Shown: positions 28,001 to 38,387 of the stretch, piece after piece
Position numbering within the stretch: position 1 is the first letter of the stretch
Layout of the letters: each line of letters opens with the position of its first letter
Assembly (NCBI GenBank): GCA_051362555.1
Contig: CM120641.1
Coordinates: 14,322,001 to 14,386,000, forward strand
Direction: 5' to 3'
Origin: Lingula anatina
Taxonomy: Eukaryota > Animalia > Brachiopoda
Length of the DNA stretch: 64,000 nucleotides
The notes under the pieces: generated by a model
What the model saw: the letters and a program-made list of their open reading frames with translations, nothing else
What the model was told of the DNA's origin: nothing
The model's database searches: none
Made by a program: the position numbers and the translations under genes

Positions 28001-31000
28001 GCATATTTAAAATAATTTATTTTTTAGAGCGTTTTATATTTAAGCCTGAAATTTTTCTCCCATATGCTTTTCTATATAAAATGTTCAGGTAACCCCATAT
28101 TCACTGACAAATAACTCGTATGGCCGACGTAGTTATGTAAGATGGCTATACAAGATGTTTACAGCATATATTCAGGTACCAAAAAATGAAATAAAATTTT
28201 TTTCAAAACACAAAATGGTTAAATTACATTAAAAACAATCAACGCTAAAACTACGCGAAAAAGACCATCTGCGCATGCGCAGTAGCGGTGACTGCTAAAC
28301 TACGAACTCCTTCAGATGTAAATAAATTGAATTAAGGTTATTCATCTCATGAAATGGATATTTTTTGGATAAATGGCACTTGTTTTCTGGATTATTTATT
28401 GCTTGGATTGTTTTTATGCTGACTGGTGTGAAGTATTTGTTTCCGCACATCGTTTTTTTTATATACAACATAACTAATTTTATCCAAGATGGCGGGAGCT
28501 CTGATTGCCGTCGGTTTCGTATGTGGAAGGAGAATGCACACAGTTATTTATTTACGGCATGATATGCAATTTTTCATAAATTACCCACAAGAAAGGACTG
28601 GTAGAACTTTATGGTCGTAAATAATCGGCACTACTAACTACGGATATCAAGAAAACTACCATGTACATGTACCACTGTGAAAACCTCGTCTTCTCCCTCA
28701 CGTGCCGCTGCCGTTAATATCCGGTATAATCGACAAATAAGTAAAGCACTGTCAGTTACTATACTCTAAATTACAGTCAGTGTTAACTTTGATACAGGCT
28801 TTCTAATAAAGTTTTGATGTTCAACGTGAGTTTGTGTTTGACGGCTATTTACTGCTTGAGTATGGTCTACCTCCAATTTAAAACAGCGCCCTGTAAGGCC
28901 CGTCGTGCCCTCTCAGGTACTTGAAGTCGATAACAGAACAGATTACTTGAATACTTAATATATACAGTAGAAATTGGTACTCATACAAGTGGAAGAGATT
29001 TCTAGTTCTTCACAACCAGGATTCTAAATAAAAAACTTGTAAAATAAAATAGACATGTAAAAGATATCTGTCAATAATAATATTCTTATATGGTGCCTTA
29101 CGTGCTACCTCAAGGCGCCTTACAATAATATAACTAAAATCATTAAAAAATCACTACAATATTAAAATCTGAAACAATTGGAAACCATTTAAAATTAACA
29201 CTACTAAAAACATTATATATATATATATATACCTAAGAGATATAGACAGATTTAAAAATGTGAGTTTTAAGAAGGGATTTAAAACTGTCAAAGTCGTCTG
29301 CTTTTCTAATAAAATTTGGTAAGGCGTTCCATAATTTGGAGGCATAGATTATAAAAGCCCGATCTCCATAACTTTTGAGGCACCCCTTCTCTAAAATAGA
29401 CTGTTCTAAAATAAGGTCATTCTCAGAATTAAAATGTGTGGACCGCCTTGGTCAGTTAAAACAGATAGGATCAGATAAATATAATGGTCCTTGTGTATGT
29501 ATCGCCTTAAAAATAATACAAATACAAGCAGCCAGTTTTATCCTTTCAGAATGGGAGTGATATGGTGTGTACTATTGCACTTTATTTGACAAACCAGTCT
29601 TGCAGCTCAGTTTTTCTCGGAAAGATATAGCAGTACATTAGATTTTCAGTCACAAAAAATACTAAATGAGAAAACAAGTTAGCATTACTTTATAAGCCTT
29701 GATAATCATGCTATTTGTATTAAAGACTCACCTAATCAAGTCCTGCTTAGTATAATGCTCCCACAGTTTTGATATCATAAAGTCTGTGTTATCCATACAT
29801 TTTTCTCATATTTCTTTACTGAAAACTAGCAGGTGACCTAACTTTACTCTTTACATTAAAATTGTAAATAGTAACTTAAATAGGGGAAATTATCATAATG
29901 ATACTTTCTACCTGATTGTAACATGCCAAATTAGTCCTCGGTGTTGAGGCAGATGTTGGACTAGTCAAAATGTATGATCATGCATGATTCTCGAGACAAA
30001 ATGCATCAAATACTATCATGTTGAGGCACCCTTAACATTGATAACTGCTTTGCTTTGATATCACAACTTCTAACAGTGTAGCTGGTTACCAATGGACTTT
30101 ACCTACAACAAATATTCTTACAAATAAGTTGTATACCAAAAGAAAATTAGCAAAATTAATAAATTATGAACATTTTAGGGCAAGGAGCATGAGGGAAAAT
30201 ATATATTGGTATTTTAAGTTTGTGACAAAAATGCTGAACACCATAACAAATATTCATATAATTTACTACTATGTAGAGAAGATGCCTCATTTTCTTTCAA
30301 ATAAGAAAGACTAAAAACATGTTTTAATTCACTGTGACTTGTTTAAAATATATTCATATACAATTAAAAGAATCAAATAAAAATGTTAACTAATCTGGGG
30401 TGGGCACTGCTAAATCCATGCACATTATAGATAGTAGTTTATGGATAGGGGAATTTTTTTCCTGGACAGTGGTAGAAGGTCCACAAGAGATTGAAACTGA
30501 AGCTGAGACTGGTAGGAGATATTTCTCAACTATTGGATGTCAACCAAAAGAAAACCACCACATTGCTGTTATTGTATGACCTTGAAAGATTAACACCCAT
30601 TGTCCCACTGTGAAAATTCATCATTTTAAAGTTTTTTTTAAAGATCACAAAAATATTTACCTGTGTGCTTTTGACTAAATCAAGTTATTTAGCAGGACAC
30701 AAGTACAAAATTTGTATTTGAATCCATTTTTAAAGCAGAAATGGCGAAAAATGGAAAATTTGGTTGACGCCATCTTGAATTGTGAATTTAAAAATTTGCA
30801 TTTTTTTTTTTTAATGTTTGAAAAAAGATTTTTTTATAATATTAACTCAAAACATTTACTTATAATGTATGACAATATTAGGTGGGTTTGGCCAGTCTAT
30901 GAAAAATGTATTTAAAAATGGCAAAATTTGGGCATTTTAGCTAAAATTTGAAATTTTGGAAATCTGCCATTTTTAGAGTTGTTTTTCTAAATTTTTAGGA

Positions 31001-34000
31001 CTGTTTAATATATTAAGTAATATGCATTTGACTAAATCAAGATATAATATTTAGCAGGATACTAAAATGAAATGTGTGTTTTATCCATGCTTGTTTAGTT
31101 TAAAGCAGAAATAGAGACATTTTGCCATTTGATTGCCGCCATCTTGGATTAAGAATTTTAAAATTTGAATAATTTTTTGAAAAATGTGTTTGAAAAAAAT
31201 TTTATTTTTGATTAAAACAGTTCAGTATATGTACTTCCTTATGTAATGTATGTCAATAATAGGTGGCTTTGGCCAGTGTATGAAAAGTGTATTTGAAAAT
31301 GGCAAATTTGGGCATTTTAGCAAAATTTTGAATTTTTGAAAATTCCCCATTTTCAAAGTTATTTTTTTAATTTTTAAAGGCCAGCAAAAAATGATATTTT
31401 TTATGTTTTTCAATTAATCAAGATTTGGGATTTAGCAACATACAAATATAAAATATGTGTTTAACCATGTTTGTTATATTTAATATACACAAATATGTAA
31501 AATGTGCAATTTGGTTGCCGCCATCTTGGATTAAGAATTTTAAAAATTGAATAATTTTTTGAAAAATGTGTTTGAAAAAAATTTTATTTTTGATTATAAA
31601 AGGACAGTACTTGTACTTTCTTATGTAATGTATGGTGATAATAGATGGCTTTGGCCAGTCTATGAAAAATGTATTTGAAATTTGCAAATTTGGGCATTTT
31701 AGCAAAAATTGGAATTTTTGAAAATTCCCCATTTTCAAAGTTATTTTTCTAATTTTTAAAGGCCACCAAAAACATTTATTTATATGTTTTTAGTTCAAAT
31801 AGGATATGATATTTAACAATGTCTGAAAATGAAAAATGTTTATTTATCCACATTTATGGTTTTTTTAGCTCAAATATAGCTGAAATTGAAATTTTGCAAT
31901 CTGGATTCCGCCATCTTGGGTGAAAAATTTTAAGTGCTGTTACCATGGCAACCGAGGGTGATTCAAACAAACCAATATCCATTATGTTGGTTTGGGGCTA
32001 TAATGAACAAATACACCAATTTTCATCAAAATCTGAGAGGGTCATGTGCCACCCTATTCTGAACCTTACAGAGACTGCTACTTAAAAAGGAAACAGGCAT
32101 TGCAGTTTATATTTAATGTCAGTTGTTCATTTTTGACTGGGAAGAAGTATAAGATCCACATTGTGGTGGATTTTTAAGCATCAAAACAACAACATTAAGA
32201 TTTTCCATGGATCAGTTGGAAATTTTTTCCACTTACCAAACTAGTGCCCAATGCATTATTTCATTCAGAAAAAAGGAACAAAAAAATCAGATTTCCTCAA
32301 ATTTTGGGTGGGTCATGCAGGGAATCAACTTATCAGTTTTGACTGGCTTTGCTATATGTGTCAGTTCTGTAAAGCCTGACAATTGAATTATTTTGTGTAA
32401 CAAAAACAGAAACCTTTATTATTCACAAAGCACTTTATCCACTGTTGGTATTTTAATGACAAATTGAAATTTACACACTTTAGAAGTATGAAAACGGTGT
32501 CCCAACAAGTTGTTTTTATCAATGCTTGTAAGGTAGAAACACTGGGTAAAGCATATAAAAGACAACTATGAGATACATGAATGTGATTATGACATAAAAA
32601 ACAGAACCCTTTGACTTTTATTGCAGCCACCTGTGAAATACGTCAAGTGTTTCCAGCCCTTCACCTTTCCACTTTTCCTCCTGGTGGTTGCTATAGAGAC
32701 GGCTCATGGGCAGAAGACATGGTGGATTATAGGGAAGAATGGAAGCAAAAGAGCAAAAATGGAACTAACTGGAAATACTTTTCAGCTGATGAGATTGACA
32801 GGTGTGATAGTTATTTTATTTTTTAAGAAAAGCGTTTTTAAAAGTTAAAAAAAACATTCTTACACATAGATATGTATTGCAGGTAAAAAGTCAAAAATAT
32901 TGATATGAAGAAAAAAAACAGGATAAGAAAATTGCTCTGCCTTTACCTAGCTACATGGACAAATTTTGATCATGGAAATATATTTGGAAATGAAATATAA
33001 CCACACAAAAGCAAAAATTGGAAAGTGTTGAGCATGAAATTATCTGTCCTTAGTTATCAACATTTAAACTTATACACCTTTTGCTTTCTTTTCCAGCTTG
33101 CCACTTATGGGTAGGTTACAGTGGTATCATGGTGGCGGTTATGTACAGACATTACAGCATGGAGACAACAAAACTCTCAATGACACTTTGACACAGACAC
33201 AGTGTCTCAGGGACCATAGTTGGTTAGATGAAAGGTAGAAGTCTTTTATCATTACAGTGTTTTAGAAGTAAAATTTAGAAACATGTTTGTATGTTCAACT
33301 TTAGAATAATTATGCTTTATGTTTTATGTTAAAATAAATAAGCCAACACCAAAGAAAAAATCTTGTCAAACAAAAATGGCCTGCCTTAAGGTATGAAAAA
33401 TTGTCATTATTATGTATGAATATAAAAAATAGCAATTTAAAGAATATCAGAAAAGTTGATATTGGTAAATGAAGAAATTCACAGCTGCCCTTTTTCTTTT
33501 TCAAAAGTCAGCAAATATCATTTATTAAAATAACATTCTGTTTTGCATTTTTTTCATGTTACAGGACAAGAGCTGTGGTAGTGTACTTCACTGTTTATAA
33601 TGCAAATCTGAATCTGTATTCAAGTGCCACATTGTTGGTGGAATTTCCTTTGGCAGGTAAGGTATTGTTTTAGCAAATGATATTGTTTGAGCAGTGTTAT
33701 TAAAAAGAATATGTATCTTTATATGATGTGTGATATTTAGTCTGAAAAAAAAAAAGAAAAGTAATTTGAATTGACTGCATCAAAATTTATGTAAAATTTT
33801 CATTGATGCCTTTTGAAGTAAGTTTTTAGAGTTTTTTAATTGCATTTAATTTTACGCTCCTCGCTCTGTACATAATTTAATGATGAGAAATTATAACCAT
33901 TATTGCAAAGAAGTTATTACTTCTTAAAAGTTCCATTATGCCTCGGCTTGCCAGCATGTTATATCATGATTACTTCCAGGTTCTGCTGTAACTAGCCATT

Positions 34001-36865
34001 GGATTTCAACCCATAAATTACAGGTGTTCAGTGCTGATCATATTGACCCTGTTTTGGTCATACAGGTAAGATGCCATGTACTGGTCAGTATGTTCCTGTC
34101 CAATGTCTCATCAAGTCTCAAAATAACATAATGCACATGACCAGGTATACATGTACCTTTGTTTATTGTGGGCAAAAGTATTGTTATTATCCCTTTAATT
34201 AGTTTTGGTCAGGGTGTCTGACTTTGCATCTATTCCCTTAATCTAGTATAAGTTAATACTGATACACCTGTAACTAAAATATTTATTTGCTATATCTATT
34301 CATATACCTAATTTCAGTGTCTCATGGGTGCTGTGCTTCTATACCTAATAATCCATACTGCTGTGACTCTAAAACAGCAAGGTTGCTCCTACTTTACATG
34401 GTTTTGGAATCTGTATGAGGTGGCAGTGATACTAACAACATCAGCAGCATTAGCTATGTATGCATACAGCCTATACTTTAACACTGGGGTGGTTGACCAA
34501 AGTGACCAGAAGTTTGATGTTGGGTTAAAAATCCACAGAGCTTCCTTCTACAACTGCATGTTGACAGATCTGAGTGCATTTCTTCTATTTTTATTATGTT
34601 TAAAGGTATTTTTGTTTTTGAATTTTTTATGCTTTTAAACTGTAATTTAACATTCCTCTTTTACTTTCATTAAGAACTGTTCGAACTATTAGAGTTGCTG
34701 TCTTTTTACCCATTTGTAGAGTATTTATGTAATAATCAGATAGTTTTTTCTATTTGATTTTAAGTGACAAAATAAGCTGATTCAATAAAATCATATTGTT
34801 ATTAGTAATTTATTTTATTAAAGCATACATATATATTTTGCCCAGCTAACACGGCAGTTCAGATTTGTGAAGTCCATGGCAGTGTATGGGAAAACCCTAA
34901 ATGAGGCAGCAACTTACATTATGGGTTGCTTTATTCTCTTGGTGATATTTTTGATCAGTTATGCAGCATTAGGATACCTGGTAAATGTTTTACCTTTTTA
35001 ACTATAGATAATAACTAATGTACTTGTTAATGGATGTGTGTTTGTGTAATTCATTTTACCTTACCAAAAAAGTGTAATTTCTAATAATTTTTTATTAATA
35101 ATTTTATGTTTTCACCATGAAATACAACACTGTCTTACCTTTTGCAAAAGAAATATATTTTATCTAAAGTTTGTTTCCTTTTCACACAATTGTTTTATAT
35201 GTTTATTATATTCTCTTAATGAATGCATATGAGTATTTTATGTTTACTTTCTTTTCATTTAAGTTTTTTTTTTTTTCAGTTTTTTGGCACCACAATGTCA
35301 GAGTTCTGTTCCTTCTCCACTTCCCTTCTCACCCTCATAGCAAGTATCAGAGGCCATAACAACCTTGACCATCTCTATCAACACCAGCCATATTTCACAG
35401 CCATTTTCTTTATCTCCTTCAATGTGGTCGTACATGGTTTTATTGGAGGTTTGATAATGGCGACAGTGCTAAATATTTTCAAGGGTGTCAGGGCACAGAT
35501 CTTTTACAGAAATACTCTAGATGTGCAGGACTATGAGCTGGTTGATTTCATGTTGAAGAGATTTAAGTTGTTAATTGGAATAACCAAACCAAAGCCTGTA
35601 AGTGTATGTATATGGTGCCATGAATTTTGAAAAAATCGGACAAAGATATTGCAAAGAAAATTAAATAATTTTGTGTCTTGTACTATGATAATCACTTATA
35701 ATTAGGTAAAGACATTTATGGAGTATTTGATACATGTATTCAACTTGAAAAAATAAAAGAAAATTTTAATCTTAGTTTCAGAATGTTTTAATGAGAAAAT
35801 TACACATGGCTCTTTTGTCTTTAAATTTACTTTCATCATTTATTCCAGGCATTCAGAAAAGTAAAGTTTCAAGGCATGCTGTCCATCTCTAGTCGTAGCA
35901 CTCATTCCAGCTACTCCTGCCGCCCTATCAGCCATGAGTCAGGCTCCAGCTGGGATTGGTTGACAGAAGGCAACCTGGACAGAGAAGCATCCACCATATC
36001 CAAGGCATCCATTGGAACAATGGACAGGACATGGGGACAGCTTTTGTCTAAATTTGAGCAGGTGAGACTCAAAAAATGGGTAAATAGTTTTTTTTTCACA
36101 GCTGATTAACAAAGAGCATTTCTGTATGTAGTTGTCTCAAATTGGTGTCTAAGATTAGAAAATATCCACATTATGCACAAATCATTTTCTTGCAGAACAC
36201 CATAGATGATTCTTTTATCTGCCTTTTAGTTGTAGTCATATGATTTTATGTAAATGCTGTAGCATAAATTATATGTTCACACAATAGAATTTTTTGGTAA
36301 AGAGCAAAGTATCTCAAATGCTTACAAATGCTTATTTCAGGTGGTTACTCTAGACAAAGATGAAGCAGAGTTGGACCGACAGGTTGCTCAGCAGTTATCA
36401 AAACCCAGAGCAAGAAGAGACTCCTTTAAAAACAATGATAATACAAAGCAACAACAACAACAAGTCTTTATGGGTGCCAGACAAGTATCAGAACTCTCAC
36501 GAAAGTCAGAGATTTCAAAAAAATCCAACTGGTCTGCTATGTCAGCTACATCTTGGTTAATCAAGAACAGGCAACATCCCAAGGAAAAGTCACTCCCAGG
36601 TACTTCACAGAGAGATAACAATTTTTCAGAGGCTCGGAAATATGAATACAGTAGAGGAAATACCTCAGGTTCCCTGCCTGCTAGATACAATAAATCAACA
36701 ACACCTCCTCAAGGGGTTTCTATAACCCCTCCAATCTCTGCCACAGAGAGGGGCATGCTGGGAAGGAGAAGCAGACGACCAAGTAGTGATCAGGGTGTAA
36801 GAGGGGGAGATGTGGCTCCACCAAAACAATCAAGACGACATGTGTATGGAAAGCCAGCCTGGTAG
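1055..36865 (+). CDS. PKD1: Polycystin-1 orthologue (LRRNT/LRRCT, WSC-like, many PKD repeats, REJ, GPS, PLAT, TM/TOP region, coiled-coil tail); multi-exon
   Basis: Frame-consistent exons: 1055-1362, 8478-8650, 8982-9050, 9387-10061, 10824-10955, 11234-11365, 11718-16239, 16472-17360, 17600-17752, 18294-18934, 19238-19544, 19814-20688, 21198-21380, 21707-21962, 22334-22529, 22702-23010, 23294-23643, 23866-24030, 24594-24722, 24935-25072, 25271-25323, 25462-25536, 25718-25887, 26221-26450, 26746-26853, 27148-27392, 27615-27745, 32627-32801, 33097-33234, 33565-33656, 33980-34065, 34318-34605, 34846-34980, 35280-35597, 35849-36061, 36341-36865. Motifs: CPDTCKC (LRRNT), NNPWHCDC (LRRCT), WDFGDG PKD cores, GPS CLCNHL|TSFG, PLAT (IWHDN), FTRVQR, SWPD, YHGGGY, C-tail FRKVKFQGM (human FRHKVRFEGM). 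Start ATG could be 1055 or 1091. Confidence 0.93.
1889..1913. repeat. (CT)n microsatellite
   Basis: Directly visible. Confidence 0.95.
4201..4740. repeat. Interleaved direct repeats (A-B-A'-spacer-B') in PKD1 intron 1
   Basis: A = CATGTGGTT..CAGATTATAAA..GAACAACTTT (4201, 4375); B = ~128 bp GGCGCCTACTTATTA...CAAACAAGGTGTTTCAACTTT (4244, 4613). Confidence 0.85.
10351..10713 (-). mobile_element. 5'-truncated L2/CR1-type LINE fragment with (TAT)n tail
   Basis: Minus-strand SYGDKAFKFAAPKEWKILPISLRQIVDPGHFKK*LKTHLFKQ; (AAT)n on + strand at 10351-10374; TTTATCACCGTATGA duplicated at the truncation point. Confidence 0.8.
11718..16239 (+). CDS. PKD1: Giant (~4.5 kb) PKD1 exon encoding a Cys-rich segment and most tandem PKD repeats
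   Basis: ORF 11678-16243; acceptor tttttag|GC at 11717/18, donor TTTAG|gtgaat at 16239/40; repeated W-x-F-G-D-G / G-x-Y-x-V-x-V-x-A-x-N-x-V-S units. Confidence 0.92.
17849..18015. mobile_element. Short hAT-like MITE with 5-bp target duplication
   Basis: CAGGGGCAGAT...ATCCGCCCCTG termini; ATTGT on both flanks (17844-48, 18016-20). Confidence 0.75.
20754..20999. mobile_element. Old Harbinger-like MITE, family copy 1
   Basis: GACCCCATTCCCAGAGACAC...GTGTCTATGGGAATGATGTC; internal inverted CTGACTGCAATCAGCTTAA / TTAAGCTGATTGCAGTCAG. Confidence 0.7.
24223..24447. mobile_element. Old Harbinger-like MITE, family copy 2
   Basis: GATGCCATTCTCATAGATTT...AAATCTCTGGGAATGCACCC, flanked by TAA/TAA. Confidence 0.7.
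29075..29625 (-). mobile_element. L2/CR1-type LINE 3' fragment nested in the TIR element
   Basis: Minus-strand translation gives decayed ORF2 C-terminus AARLV..HITPIL..KSYGDRAFIIYASKLWNALPNFIRKADDFDSFKSLLKTHIF, followed by a TGTAAGGCGCCTTGAG..AAGGCACCATATAA 3' end and a TAT-rich tail. Confidence 0.8.
30660..31930. repeat. ~380-bp tandem subterminal repeat (~3.3 units) inside the TIR element
   Basis: CGCCATCTTG recurs at ~30768, 31137, 31519, 31909; TTTGGCCAGT, TTTGGGCATTTTAGC and GCCATTTT/CCCCATTTT recur in register. Confidence 0.9.
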
Positions 36866-38387
36866 CATTTGTAAATGTGCTGCTAAAGGAAATGGTACTG
36901 TGTTCCTGCAAGGATAAGTGATGAATATCAAAACTAGAAAGAAACTGAAATTTTATGGCGCTTCAAAGTGAGAAGATGCCAGTGTATTCTTTATAAGCAT
37001 GGCTTATGGATCACTTAATTTAAGCAAGTGCCATATATTTTAAGTCAGATTACAGTTGATTTTCAGTAAATTTTAAAACCATACAAAATACTTGGCATAT
37101 TTTTGATGAATATTTTTTATAGTTGACTTATTCATATATTAAAATGAGTTCAAATATTCTTTTCACAAAACCTTTGATGATTTGTATATCCCGTCGTGCT
37201 TTATTATAGATACTTTTTTTATTGCATATCGTTGTGTCATATTATTTAGAGAATTCCTGGCTGGACCAGAGATCTGAGTTGAGATTTGTAAATATTAAGT
37301 TTTATATATTATATTTTAATAGAATAATATGGAGTATTTTAATGAACTGTTTAATAATATTTACTTCAGGTTTGGATGATTGAGATGAAAAAAATATATT
37401 GAAATTAGGGTTTTAAACTGAAGAAATTTCATTTTTCCCTAAACATATTTATTGTTTATGTTATGTCACTGTGAAAAGTAAAAAATTACAGTGTACAGAT
37501 ATGTTTCAAATTTTGATTTATATTTTTACTGTTCATATTTGGCTATACATAGGTAATATTGATGAATTATTAAAAAAAAAGTGCTAAACATATTGTCATG
37601 GAAAATGTATATTTTTGTAAGTTAGTGCTTTATGAATGTGATTGTACACATTGTAAATTGTTAAGGCATCAATATAAATTATGACAAATGACCATGGAAG
37701 CACAGCTTTCATGCTCCAAATAAACATATTAAATAATGGTTTTGCAAACTGTCCTTGTATTTTTTAACTTTAAAAATCATTTAATGTTACCAGATTCAAA
37801 ATGGTTATGTAGATCTACTCAGCTAATGCCCCCTAAGTTTGATATAACATGCACATTTTGTAACGATGCCCAATCAACAAGTTGTTCACGTACAAGTAGC
37901 CAACATTCAAATTAATTTATATGCTCATCAGTTGCTTTGTGTAAAATTTGGTACCAAGGATGTAAGAATTTGACCAAAAGGCTTAATTTTAAGATTGAAA
38001 AAATTGGAAATGAAGAAATTACATATTTTTAATGCAACAAACTCGTTGTATGCACATGACCAACATTTTACAAAGGGCCAAGGGCCTTTTGTCCTTCAAC
38101 TTGACAGACTTAATTTTAGGTGCAGGTCTATTTAAACCTGTCATTGTCCTTGGTGTATATTTTAAAAAAAATTCAAGAATCATCATGATACCCCTCCATA
38201 TATGAAAAACAAACAATGAAGACATTTCATTGAAATTATCTTCATTTATATCCAGTGAAGTTGTTGGCAAAATGAAATGAGACAAGAAGTATTCTCAATA
38301 ATCATAATTAGGGCTGATCTGCAATGTATTCAGAAAGTCTTACTTGTCCTTCAAAGCATTAATTGAAAGTCCAAAGTCATTAATCGA

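Larger units (their letters stand above)
27873..32081. mobile_element. Non-autonomous DNA transposon (~4.2 kb) with TIRs and TTAA flanks, in a PKD1 intron
   Basis: Left TTAA|GTACCAGTCTCTGTAAG, right CTTACAGAGACTGCTAC|TTAA; inverted similarity continues (ACATGACCCTC.CAGATTTTG); no intact transposase ORF. Confidence 0.8.

Noticed and set aside
30660-31930. Regularly spaced repeats as a CRISPR-like array
   Set aside because: Whole ~380-bp units are repeated with no unique spacers; eukaryotic transposon context
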